Origin: a virus
IMG/VR virus record: IMGVR_UViG_3300030117_007745
Span: 1 to 64,000 of that record
Length of the DNA: 64,000 nucleotides
Reading direction: 5' to 3' (one strand)
How positions within the stretch are numbered: position 1 is the stretch's first letter; each line of letters begins with the position of its first letter. The position numbers and the translations under genes were made by a program. Below the pieces are notes generated by a model. That model was not told the origin of the DNA. It did not search any database and was given only the letters and a program-made list of their open reading frames with translations. Below are positions 1-8,902 of the stretch, piece after piece.

Positions 1-234
1 TCCTAAAATCAACAAATTAGCGATATTATACTCAAAATTAAATAGTTCTGTTAAGCCATTTATTCCGAACAAAAATATACCCACCCAAAAACCCGTACAC
101 ATGGGACAATGAATAAGTGCACCAAACCAATCAGATTTTTCCATTATCCAATTGCGCTGGTTTTCAAAAATTGTTCCGTAAACTAAGATTTGGGTCATGC
201 CCCAAGAAGCGAGAATAAAATATAAAAGCTCCAT
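1..234 (-). CDS. Membrane protein, DUF1360-like (3' end runs off the window)
   Basis: Not in ORF track. Manual translation from ATG at 234 (TAATG overlap with upstream stop): MELLYFILASWGMTQILVYGTIFENQRNWIMEKSDWFGALIHCPMCTGFWVGIFLFG...; CPxCxGFW motif and hydrophobic segments. Confidence 0.65.
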   Translation of the reverse strand, partial: MELLYFILASWGMTQILVYGTIFENQRNWIMEKSDWFGALIHCPMCTGFWVGIFLFGINGLTELFNFEYNIANLLILG

Positions 235-782
235 TATTCGTACCTATATACCCCTGCAAGTCCGTAATAGTAGCCCGGGTATCCCGGATTCAATGTTCCC
301 TTCTTTCTTTTTTGAGGAACCTCACCTAATTCTGTGCTGTCTTCCTTGTCGGGATTAAGTAACCTTTCTTCATCTTCATCTTCTACATACTCAAATGATT
401 GCATGTATTTTGCCTCATCTTCCATGAAGCCTGCTATATTGTAAAGAACAATCTCGGTAAGATTCTCTATTTTTTCTTCTTTTGGGTAGAGGGCCTCAAT
501 TGACCCAAACACGTTGGCTCCCTTTACTGTTTCTGGCATGATGACTCCCTTCTTGAAAAGGTAATCGAAAAGTCTGTTTTGACTTTTATAAACCAATTCT
601 CCAAAATCTTTTTTTGAATAGGCAGTTACTTTGCCAGTCTTTTCATCCAAAACTATATCCATATCGATATGATTAAAAACCATGATTTGGCCAGACAAGG
701 AGCGCTTCATTGCGAGTTTCCTTATCCTCTCTTGCATCACATCTAATGGTAACTGATTTTTAATACTAATTTTAATAGACAT
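234..782 (-). CDS. Hypothetical phage protein (head morphogenesis region)
   Basis: 182-aa ORF tightly packed in the operon downstream of the portal. Confidence 0.75.
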   Translation of the reverse strand: MSIKISIKNQLPLDVMQERIRKLAMKRSLSGQIMVFNHIDMDIVLDEKTGKVTAYSKKDFGELVYKSQNRLFDYLFKKGVIMPETVKGANVFGSIEALYPKEEKIENLTEIVLYNIAGFMEDEAKYMQSFEYVEDEDEERLLNPDKEDSTELGEVPQKRKKGTLNPGYPGYYYGLAGVYRYE

Positions 783-783
783 T

Positions 784-1614
784 TTATTTTTTTATTTCCT
801 TAGCTAGCTCTTGAATCTTTAGAACTTTTTTCAAGTCATCTTGATTCATTGGCTTTTTGCTGAGATTTTCAAGCATTGCAAGAACCGTGTCTGCTTTGCT
901 TTGCATATCTGTGTCTTCTTTAAATTCTTTAATCTCTTTTGCTTTTTGAATCTCTTCTTTTAGTCTTCCTATTTCTTCATTCAAATAAATTTTGAATTCT
1001 AGATTATCCCCAACCCCACTTGCAATGAAAGTAGAGAGCAGCTGCTTTTGTTCTTCCAGAAGACCAGAATATTCACTATTGAATCTATCCACAAATGATT
1101 TAAAAACTAAATTATCAATGTGTTTCAAGTTTTTGTGCTGTGTATTTTCGGTGGCCTCTACCATTAGTTGAAGCGCCTCCTCCTCTAACAAAACCCTCTC
1201 TTTTGCAGATAAGTTTAAATTATTAAAAACTTGATGAAGAGTAGCTAAATTTTTATAGTTTGGGACAAATGTTGTGAAGACATCTTTAGAAAGTTGCTTA
1301 TTGATTTTAGAAATCATTTGACTCTGTTCCGCAAAAATTTGTTTTTTATCCAAAACAGAATATTCTATTTTTGATTCTGATAAAATCTTTTCAGCGATAT
1401 TGGGCTTTATGTCCTTTGTCTCCAAGATGTTCTTGTATATTTTAACCTCGCGGCCCATCAAAGTATCTTGTGCAAAGTGCTCTTTTACAATATCTAAAAC
1501 AATTTGTCTTCGATCTTGATCTTTTTCAACTGTTGCTTTAGTCAATTCTCTGACGAGTGTTTCATAAAGAAAAATAGTATTTCTTTTTTTGTTGTGTTTA
1601 ATTTTCGCTGACAT
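784..1614 (-). CDS. Conserved hypothetical helical protein immediately downstream of the portal
   Basis: 276-aa ORF, GTG start overlapping the portal 3' end; basic N-terminus KIKHNKKRNT. Confidence 0.75.
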   Translation of the reverse strand: MSAKIKHNKKRNTIFLYETLVRELTKATVEKDQDRRQIVLDIVKEHFAQDTLMGREVKIYKNILETKDIKPNIAEKILSESKIEYSVLDKKQIFAEQSQMISKINKQLSKDVFTTFVPNYKNLATLHQVFNNLNLSAKERVLLEEEALQLMVEATENTQHKNLKHIDNLVFKSFVDRFNSEYSGLLEEQKQLLSTFIASGVGDNLEFKIYLNEEIGRLKEEIQKAKEIKEFKEDTDMQSKADTVLAMLENLSKKPMNQDDLKKVLKIQELAKEIKK

Positions 1615-3574
1615 TCTTTTTTGTCTCCAACTCTGTGATTAAAGATTTTACTCTACTGTTCAATTCAAATATCTTTTTCTCTTCTTCTCTATAATTAGAT
1701 TGCTTTTCCTCAGAAAGCCCTCTTGCTAATCTGGAAAGGTCTTGATAACCTTTGTTGATGTTTCTAGATGAACTGCTAGCTAGGTTGACTCCGGCATTGG
1801 CAGACATTTGTCTTTGCATTGCTCTTTTACCAGACAAATCGTTTCTTGGCTCATACCACTTTCCTTTAGATTTTGAGGTAGTAGTCATCTTTTTAATTCC
1901 AACTTTCTTCTCTAGTTTGTCATCACGATTGGCTGGTGGTACTGCTAAAAGATTTGTATCTGGCTCGTCTGCTGCTGGCTCGTCTGCTGCTGGCTCGTCT
2001 GCTGCTGGCTCGTCTTCGCCTCCTAGGTCCCCTAATCCGCCTTCATCTCCTCCCAATCCTCCCAGATCTTCATCATCGCCACCTCCCAAAAGGCCGCCTC
2101 CGCCGCCGCCTGCCAAATCTGCACCTTCAGCAGATTGATCAAGCTGTGCAGTTATCATTCTATCGTGGAACATTTCTCTTTGATTGCGAACAAACTCTTC
2201 CTCTGAGATTGAGAAAATATTATGTGCGATCCAGCGCTTTGAAAAGAATCCTTCAGAAGCGGCAGAGGCAACATCAAATTTTGTCCTCCACTGCTCCAAG
2301 TCCTGAAGTTCTGCGATCTTGGATGGATTGTTCATTGAAAGCTTGAAGGAAATAAGATCATTCTCTCTATACCCTAGAGTAAAAAGGTGAATGATGGCAA
2401 TTTTTTCTAGTTCTGTAATGACAACTCTTTGCAATCTCTGGATAGTTCTGGCGAAACGAATATCTTTTTGTGCCAATGTTGCCTTATCTTCATCTCCACC
2501 CTCTCCGCGAAAAAGATAAGATTGAGGAATCTTAAGTGCTGAAAATAATTTGTCTTTTAAATACTTTACGTCATCAATATCCCCAGTGTAAGTTCCGCCG
2601 GGCAAGCTCTCAACCCTTGTCGATTGTCCTCCACGGGTAGGAATAAAATAATCTTCATCAACAGACATCGGATTGTACCTAAGATCAACGCGGCCCGTAT
2701 CAGAATCAACAACTTGGTTTCTCTTCATAGAAGTCATGACCTTCTGCATATATTGCTCAATGTCATTTGGTGCCATATTCCCAACATCAACATAGAAAAC
2801 TCTTCTTTCTGGAGAACGGACTATTCTATAGGCCATCATTGCGTCTTCAAGCAAAGACAGTTGCCTAAATATTCTTCTAGAAGGATCAAGCACAGAGGTT
2901 CCGTAAGGAGCGTATTTATCATTTCCTAAGACCCGGAAATGTGCAATTTGCCAGTTTTCAAAAGTAAGTCCAGCAGAATTCCACTGATACTGAATGTAGT
3001 TTGGATTTGTCTTGTCTTCCCCCTCTAGTCGCTCAACTTCTCTTAGGGGGAGGCTAATAACATTTTCAATGCCATGTTTGTCATCGATATCCAAGTAAAG
3101 AATATAGTCTCCATACTTGCACATGGTTCTGCACCAATTAAATATGTTGTGTTCGATGTTTAGCACATTGTGGAAAAGAGAATTCAAGATAATTTTGATC
3201 TCTTCATTTTGACAATGAATGTTTAGCAGAGGGGCCATGTGGGATGATGTTGTCATTTCATCTGCATATATATCTAAAGCAGAAGCAATGATTGGTTCGT
3301 ATTCCATTTGATCAAAATCAATATATCTCTGAAGCCTTGACTGATTAAGATAAACATTGGCGGCCAAATCTGAAAAGGGATTATACTCCATTTTCTTGAA
3401 TTGTTTTCCAGAGGCTGATGTGAATCTGCTTGAATACTTATCCAAATCTGTTCTTCTATTCTGATTTACATTTTGTGCCCTATAATTAACAATGGGGCCG
3501 GAGAATAGTCTAGTCAGCCTCTTGAAAAGAGGGGATGCGGGATTTCTTACATTCTTTCCATTTTTTGGTGCCAT
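1598..3574 (-). CDS. Portal protein, T4 gp20-like
   Basis: Motifs LEDAMMAYRIVRSPERRVFYVDVGN, EDYFIP, LPGG, DIDDVKYLKDKLFSALKIP, DIRFARTIQRLQ typical of gp20-family portals; adjacent to terminase; start placed at ATG 3574 behind an AAGGA SD. Confidence 0.93.
   Translation of the reverse strand: MAPKNGKNVRNPASPLFKRLTRLFSGPIVNYRAQNVNQNRRTDLDKYSSRFTSASGKQFKKMEYNPFSDLAANVYLNQSRLQRYIDFDQMEYEPIIASALDIYADEMTTSSHMAPLLNIHCQNEEIKIILNSLFHNVLNIEHNIFNWCRTMCKYGDYILYLDIDDKHGIENVISLPLREVERLEGEDKTNPNYIQYQWNSAGLTFENWQIAHFRVLGNDKYAPYGTSVLDPSRRIFRQLSLLEDAMMAYRIVRSPERRVFYVDVGNMAPNDIEQYMQKVMTSMKRNQVVDSDTGRVDLRYNPMSVDEDYFIPTRGGQSTRVESLPGGTYTGDIDDVKYLKDKLFSALKIPQSYLFRGEGGDEDKATLAQKDIRFARTIQRLQRVVITELEKIAIIHLFTLGYRENDLISFKLSMNNPSKIAELQDLEQWRTKFDVASAASEGFFSKRWIAHNIFSISEEEFVRNQREMFHDRMITAQLDQSAEGADLAGGGGGGLLGGGDDEDLGGLGGDEGGLGDLGGEDEPAADEPAADEPAADEPDTNLLAVPPANRDDKLEKKVGIKKMTTTSKSKGKWYEPRNDLSGKRAMQRQMSANAGVNLASSSSRNINKGYQDLSRLARGLSEEKQSNYREEEKKIFELNSRVKSLITELETKKNVSEN
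1960..2015. repeat. 15-bp tandem repeat (ctggctcgtctgctg) x3.7 encoding (DEPAA)n in the portal C-terminal tail
   Basis: Directly visible; lies within a Gly/Asp-rich low-complexity tail. Confidence 0.9.
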
Positions 3575-3579
3575 TATGT

Positions 3580-5154
3580 TTATCCTTTGAGAAGCCAAAC
3601 GTGTTTCATTTGTTGATCTATCTTATCACTTTTTGCGATTGGTTTATAGCCCTGCTGACCAGAGATTGACGTATTTAATTCACTTTTTGTCTTTGTCATA
3701 GTGCTCAGGAACATTTTGGTATATTCAATATCTCTTTGATTAGTTTCCAAAGCAGTGTCTCTGACCCAGCATCCGATTGCAAAAGCCATGACTAAATCAT
3801 CATTATACATCCTCATCGCTTGGGGCCGGCCATTCTGCCAAACAAATGTCTCTAACTCATTAAATAGTCTAGCAGAATATATTCTAACTAGTTTATTTCT
3901 AATGAATTCTTCCATTTTTGCTACGATCAGCGGTCTTGTCTTGGAGGTAGTTGAGAACCCAGCGACAGCGTTTGATTGAGTTTCTCCCAAATATTGTTCA
4001 ACGTATTCGTGAGTTGACTTAATTGAATAGTATAGGTTGGGATATGCCAAGTCTCTGAGTTTATCCAATACCGCAAAACCAACAGAGTTGTTCTCGATGA
4101 CCATTAGACACTCGCCAAATTCCCTTCCAACTTCATTTAACATATTGGCAAACAAGTCTGGTGTAATTTTTGATTTGTATTCTGCGACAATTTCCATTGT
4201 TTCGAGCTTAAATATGTGAAAAACAGAACTATCTTTATCATCACCACGAGCGACATCAGCCACGAGAAGGTATGTAGAGCCGGGTTGATACTCTTCCCAA
4301 ATCCAAAAATTTCTGTCAAAACCAGTTTTGTATTTGGGATCTTTGAGGCCGGCCTTTATTGTTGCCATGTCATCCGGATGAATAACAGTTTCTCCAGACA
4401 TGTTGAAATTGCACTGATACTCTTGGGCAATTTGTCTTTGGGACATGTTGCGTGTTTCTTCCTCAAACCATTCTTGGTCACGATCAGGATGAACATGCCA
4501 TGGCAAAACAGTAGGGAAGAAGTCGTTAATGCCTGCCTCTGCGTCAGTGTATGTTTGATGAAACCAGTTTCCCACACCATTTGGGGTAGATAGGGCGATG
4601 CAGCGACCCCCTGTTGACAAGGTGGGGTAGAGACCAGTCCATAGTTCTTCAAGGCCTTCTACGTGTGCAGCCTCGTCAATAACAAGAAGAGACAAGGCCT
4701 CTGATCGACCTGCATCTGCTGAAGTTGTAGATGCTTTGATTTGAGAGCCATTCGATAATTCAAATGAAGTTCTATTATCGATTGATATATTAGATATTTG
4801 TATCCACTCTGGTAGGTTTTTAATGATGGCTTTGACTTTTTTAACTAAGTTCGCTGCTGTCTGAAACTTGGTGGCCATAACTAAAATGTTCTTGTCTCGG
4901 TGAAATAGCATCATCCAAGAAACATAAGCAGCAGTAATCGTGGATATTCCTAGCTGACGGCCTTTCAAAATGACATTGAAGCGATGATCATTAAAATCTT
5001 GCAGAAGTTGTGTTTGGAAATCATAGGTTTTGAAAGGGACGAGACCCCTAATCGGATGAGAAATCCTTGCATAATTGTTAATGAAAAAGTTTGGATCCTT
5101 TCCACACTTAACTATTTCAGCAAGGATTTCTTTTTTAGATATTTTGTAAGACAT
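3580..5154 (-). CDS. terL: Terminase large subunit, T4 gp17-like
   Basis: Q-motif (YDFQ), Walker A-like KGRQLGIST, Walker B LLVIDEAAH, coupling motif STPNG, RNase H-like nuclease ADVARG...DDLVMA. Confidence 0.95.
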   Translation of the reverse strand: MSYKISKKEILAEIVKCGKDPNFFINNYARISHPIRGLVPFKTYDFQTQLLQDFNDHRFNVILKGRQLGISTITAAYVSWMMLFHRDKNILVMATKFQTAANLVKKVKAIIKNLPEWIQISNISIDNRTSFELSNGSQIKASTTSADAGRSEALSLLVIDEAAHVEGLEELWTGLYPTLSTGGRCIALSTPNGVGNWFHQTYTDAEAGINDFFPTVLPWHVHPDRDQEWFEEETRNMSQRQIAQEYQCNFNMSGETVIHPDDMATIKAGLKDPKYKTGFDRNFWIWEEYQPGSTYLLVADVARGDDKDSSVFHIFKLETMEIVAEYKSKITPDLFANMLNEVGREFGECLMVIENNSVGFAVLDKLRDLAYPNLYYSIKSTHEYVEQYLGETQSNAVAGFSTTSKTRPLIVAKMEEFIRNKLVRIYSARLFNELETFVWQNGRPQAMRMYNDDLVMAFAIGCWVRDTALETNQRDIEYTKMFLSTMTKTKSELNTSISGQQGYKPIAKSDKIDQQMKHVWLLKG

Positions 5155-5164
5155 TTTTCAATGA

Positions 5165-5665
5165 TTATTGTTTTCTTGCGGCCTTTAACCAATTTTTAAT
5201 GCTCTCGTTTACATTTTTTGGAGCTTCATCAGCTTCAAGCACACCCTCAAGTGAACCTATTTTATATACGCAAGATGTCTGGTACCAAGTTCTAAAGTTA
5301 GACATCTTTTGAACAAGTATATCAGCTTCCCCTTCTCTTGTTAGTCTAACATTCTTTCCAGCGGCAGCCCTATATTCTTTCTGAATAAAAGAAATAATGT
5401 CTGCAATCTTTTGTTCAACCATGTTTTCAAAATTTGCTTTTTGCACCTGCTTAATATTACACTCAGAGGAGTAACTGAGGATCATTTTATCGCCTTGAAA
5501 TCTCACGCCAAATCCATCAACGAGCCTACTGTCTGTCACAACATTATCTACCTCTCTTTTGAGGCCAATCTTGACTGGGTTTCCCTCTTCGTCAAGCGCT
5601 CCGTCATATCCTTTTTGTCCTACAATATTCTGAATAGTTTGTATAACATCTAAAACCTTAGCCAT
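5165..5665 (-). CDS. Hypothetical phage protein
   Basis: 166-aa ORF, co-oriented and coupled to neighbours. Confidence 0.7.
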   Translation of the reverse strand: MAKVLDVIQTIQNIVGQKGYDGALDEEGNPVKIGLKREVDNVVTDSRLVDGFGVRFQGDKMILSYSSECNIKQVQKANFENMVEQKIADIISFIQKEYRAAAGKNVRLTREGEADILVQKMSNFRTWYQTSCVYKIGSLEGVLEADEAPKNVNESIKNWLKAARKQ

Positions 5666-6074
5666 TATCTTTCCCCTTATAGAAGTTTGCTAAAAACTCC
5701 ACTCTTTTATCTATGTTCATCCACCTTTCTTCTCTGCCCTCAACAAAATGCATATAGCACTTCCAGCAACAATCATACTTGCTCATATACAAGTCATCTT
5801 TTAGATCAAAAGAGTATTCAAAGCAAGCCGGACAAATACGGTCTTCATCTTTAGTAAGTAGTTTTTTTGAAATGAAAAAACCATCTTTATTAATCTTTTC
5901 CGTGTCTTGAGATATCTTAAAGCTTCTTTTGTATATTATTTTTATTTGTTCTAAATAATCAATCTCTTTTTCTTTTGTCCAAAGAGATCTTGGGTTAACA
6001 ATTGTTTCTTCACCATATTTTTTTGAAATAGCTTGCTCTATTTTGGCGATGGTGTTTAAATCGTGTCTTCTCAT
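5658..6074 (-). CDS. Hypothetical protein with putative zinc finger (CPAC...CCWKC)
   Basis: Two CxxC pairs; packed in the operon upstream of terL. Confidence 0.7.
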   Translation of the reverse strand: MRRHDLNTIAKIEQAISKKYGEETIVNPRSLWTKEKEIDYLEQIKIIYKRSFKISQDTEKINKDGFFISKKLLTKDEDRICPACFEYSFDLKDDLYMSKYDCCWKCYMHFVEGREERWMNIDKRVEFLANFYKGKDNG

Positions 6075-6083
6075 TGCTGCCTA

Positions 6084-6956
6084 TTATACACCTAATTTAT
6101 CTAATTTTTCAATCAAAAGATCAAGTTTCTTTTCTAAATTATTTATTTTGTTGTCTTGAGCTTTTACACCCTCAACCAAGAAAGAGATAATGCGGATGTA
6201 ATCCATACTATTTGCATACTCTCTGTCTTGAGTAAACTCAACAATGTCTGGCAAAACTTTGCCTACCTCTTCTGCAATAAATCCGTAGTCTTTTTTACCT
6301 GTATCTTTCCACACATAAGATACGCCATCAAGTCTGTTTAGTGTGCCTAGGGGGTCCTCTAGTGGGGCCACATCTTTTTTGTAGCGAATAGAGGAATAAG
6401 TGAGGTAAGCATTTGCTTTTATTTGCCCTGTTGTATCGCTGCTATCTGGCAAAGTTATAGCATGTGTAATACCTGCTCCACTAACGCCCACACCGATGCT
6501 GCCAGAAACTGCAAGATCTGATCCTAGAAATGCATTCCCCACTGCTTGCAAGGTAGAGGAGCCAGAGATATTACCGGCAACTTGCAGGCTAGTCCCATCA
6601 AATGTAAAGTTGGCAGATGCCCCAAAGGCTCCATTGTCATTAAATTGGATTTGAGTATTTGAACCAGCAGGCTCGTCATTTGATGCTGTTAGTTGATGAA
6701 CATAAACCTTCTTTACATTATTGCTATCATCTGCATCAGCCAACAACACAAAATCTGTGTCTGATACTGTTATCTCTGTTCCGTCAGTGGCTCCGTTGAT
6801 ATCAATAGCAAGTGTGACATCTCCGCTGGTGCCTCCACCAGATAGACCATTTGCAGCAGTTACGGCAGTAATGTCGCCTTCAGCAGAAATTGCCGATTTT
6901 GCTTGTTGCTTAATTAAAGATAATAGTTTTGCATGACTATAATTACCTATCGCCAT
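6084..6956 (-). CDS. Short fibre/spike protein with C-terminal intramolecular chaperone (peptidase S74) domain
   Basis: C-terminal YSSIRYKKDV...YVWKD...GFIAEEVGKVLPDIV...MDY...coiled coil; N-terminal GDITAVTA-GLSGG and GSNTQIQFNDNGAFG fibre motifs; start placed at ATG 6956. Confidence 0.85.
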   Translation of the reverse strand: MAIGNYSHAKLLSLIKQQAKSAISAEGDITAVTAANGLSGGGTSGDVTLAIDINGATDGTEITVSDTDFVLLADADDSNNVKKVYVHQLTASNDEPAGSNTQIQFNDNGAFGASANFTFDGTSLQVAGNISGSSTLQAVGNAFLGSDLAVSGSIGVGVSGAGITHAITLPDSSDTTGQIKANAYLTYSSIRYKKDVAPLEDPLGTLNRLDGVSYVWKDTGKKDYGFIAEEVGKVLPDIVEFTQDREYANSMDYIRIISFLVEGVKAQDNKINNLEKKLDLLIEKLDKLGV

Positions 6957-7392
6957 TTGATTTGATCTCCACAGCGACAGCAAAGACTGCTATGGAAAGA
7001 ACTATACCACCAAGCACACCACCGGCAAGCCACCAATGGCTGTTATCGTTTGGTCTTTCTAATGCTAGCTCTTGTAGTCGCTTGTTCTCCTCGTCTTTTA
7101 TATTGAGAAGATTTGTGTATTTATCGGTTGCCGAGTTTAGCTTGATCTCGCTGATCTTTAGATCTAGTTCTAGCTTGGCCTTTAATATTTCTATCTCTCT
7201 ATCCATTTCAAGCGCACACTCTTCTGCGGTGTATTTCTGCTCTGTTAGAACTTTGGCTGCTGCTTTGGCATCCATTAGGACACCAGTAAAGGGTGCTCGC
7301 TTGCCTTTCTGTATTTCAGTTATAACTCCCTCTTGCGCCCAAGCAGGGAAAGCAAAGAGTATAACTAAAAATATGGATAGTAGTTGTTTCAT
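6943..7392 (-). CDS. Secreted coiled-coil protein with C-terminal TM helix (possible spanin component)
   Basis: Type I signal peptide (AWA|QE), coiled coil, C-terminal hydrophobic helix; spanin role is inference. Confidence 0.6.
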   Translation of the reverse strand: MKQLLSIFLVILFAFPAWAQEGVITEIQKGKRAPFTGVLMDAKAAAKVLTEQKYTAEECALEMDREIEILKAKLELDLKISEIKLNSATDKYTNLLNIKDEENKRLQELALERPNDNSHWWLAGGVLGGIVLSIAVFAVAVEIKSNGDR

Positions 7393-7784
7393 ATGATTGA
7401 GTGCGCCTCTTCTTCAGCATATTCGTATTCTTCATCACTATATGTGCCAAATGTATCCTCAATTTCTTGTTGTGTTATTTCTCGGTAAGTTAAGCCGTCT
7501 CCACTAATGTTTTGGGTTATATCTCTAACTGGCATTCTTCCACGACAATCTATAGCTTCATCTGTATCAGGATCATAGACAAAAACATGCTGTATGTCGC
7601 CTGATTTATCAAAAATGCCGTAAGTCGGCAGTTCTAACATATCTGCCACTACATTAGCCAAGAGAGAGCAGTCACCTCTTTTAAAATCAATATACTCGGA
7701 GGGCTGTGTTTCTTCTTCCCCACCCAACTCAATATCTATACCTTCATTTAAATACTGTCGCCAGTTTTCAAGTAGTTGTTTCAT
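7389..7784 (-). CDS. Leader-bearing (MKQLLENWRQYLNE) acidic protein with putative Cys-His-Asp catalytic triad
   Basis: GDC...QHVFV...IDCRG pattern; GAGG SD. Confidence 0.65.
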   Translation of the reverse strand: MKQLLENWRQYLNEGIDIELGGEEETQPSEYIDFKRGDCSLLANVVADMLELPTYGIFDKSGDIQHVFVYDPDTDEAIDCRGRMPVRDITQNISGDGLTYREITQQEIEDTFGTYSDEEYEYAEEEAHSII

Positions 7785-7796
7785 TTTAGCCTCTTA

Positions 7797-7892
7797 CTAG
7801 CAGCAAGCACATGCCTCGCAGGTACAACATCCACAACAGCAGCAGCAGTGATCTTTAAATAGGTTTATTAATCTGTGTAATATCTTTTTCAT
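7797..7892 (-). CDS. 31-aa cysteine-rich peptide MKKILHRLINLFKDHCCCCCGCCTCEACACC (metallothionein-like or RiPP-precursor-like)
   Basis: Below the ORF-track cutoff; manual translation; GGAGG SD 8 nt before the ATG, TAG-TAA double stop, fills the gap between two genes. Confidence 0.75.
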   Translation of the reverse strand: MKKILHRLINLFKDHCCCCCGCCTCEACACC

Positions 7893-7895
7893 TTT

Positions 7896-8279
7896 TTATT
7901 CCTCCGCTTTTACGCAGTTTCTGTATGTCTTACCATACATCTTTTTTGTTTTTCTTTTTGGATGAGTCTTGTAACCTTTTTGGCAGCGTTCATCCAAGTC
8001 GTCTTCTGGCTCTTCGCTGGGAAGTCTTTCTTGGTCGTATGGAGCATCTTGCTGTATATACCGAAGGGCTACGGCTGCAAGATCTTCTCCCGCATCGTGT
8101 TGCATATAGACCATTACTTCTTCGCTTGATGGATCATACTCGACAATATACGAATCGTCGTTGTCCATTATCATTTCAAAGTATTCTAAATCGCCAGCAG
8201 GAGTCATCTTTCTTACACGATTATCCTCGCCTTCATTTTCGTTCAAATACTCTTTCCACTCATTCAAAATCTTTTTCAT
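7896..8279 (-). CDS. Leader-bearing (MKKILNEWKEYLNE) protein with C-terminal basic CxKGY...GK...NCVK module
   Basis: Acidic body plus basic two-Cys mini-domain of a type seen in T4-like phage small proteins. Confidence 0.65.
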   Translation of the reverse strand: MKKILNEWKEYLNENEGEDNRVRKMTPAGDLEYFEMIMDNDDSYIVEYDPSSEEVMVYMQHDAGEDLAAVALRYIQQDAPYDQERLPSEEPEDDLDERCQKGYKTHPKRKTKKMYGKTYRNCVKAEE

Positions 8280-8890
8280 TTCTTGACTAACTCCTTATTT
8301 ACAATATCATAACCTTCCACAACTCCTACCTTTTCGTAGTCAAAGCCGGGGAGTAGGGCGATCTTCTGCTCTGGGAACTTGCCATTCACAATGAACGAGC
8401 AAGCCTGCCCTACTACCTCTGTGAAGAGGGCTGGATGAGATGCTGGTGGCATTGTCTGTATGTGTGCGTTATAGGAGGCAATCTCGCCTTTAGCATCAAA
8501 CTGTGTGCCTCGCTGGATGTGAGACATAAAGTCGTGGACTGCCCTAAACTTTGCGTTTGTTTGTGGGTCAAAGATGTCGTGCTCTGCATCAAGGGTAGAA
8601 ATCCTTAACACGCCATTTTGCTTAACATCTTGCTTTAGCTCCTCTGCGTCGGCATAGGGATGCTCTTCGACAAACTGAACATCAACAACACCTTCAATCC
8701 TTTTGAACATCTTGTCAACAAAGGGCTTCATGGCCTCAAAAGATGACACAGCACCTTGATCAAACTTGGGTGCTCTTGCGTATGCTGCTGCAACCAACTC
8801 ACAATACTTATCCCAGCCGTTTGGGCCGGGCTTCAGCATTAGCTTCTCGCTCATCAAGAACTTTCGCCAGTTTTCAAGTATGAGTTTCAT
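8276..8890 (-). CDS. Leader-bearing (MKLILENWRKFL) protein with FRAVHDxxxH...GE...TE putative metal-binding/zincin-like domain
   Basis: NAKFRAVHDFMSH...FDAKGE...YNAH...LFTEVVGQ motif set. Confidence 0.65.
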   Translation of the reverse strand: MKLILENWRKFLMSEKLMLKPGPNGWDKYCELVAAAYARAPKFDQGAVSSFEAMKPFVDKMFKRIEGVVDVQFVEEHPYADAEELKQDVKQNGVLRISTLDAEHDIFDPQTNAKFRAVHDFMSHIQRGTQFDAKGEIASYNAHIQTMPPASHPALFTEVVGQACSFIVNGKFPEQKIALLPGFDYEKVGVVEGYDIVNKELVKK

Positions 8891-8902
8891 TCGTATGCCC
8901 CG

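Noticed and set aside
39-46. ACTATTTA motif near the window start
   Set aside because: Lies within a coding sequence and its downstream context is outside the window, so it cannot be evaluated
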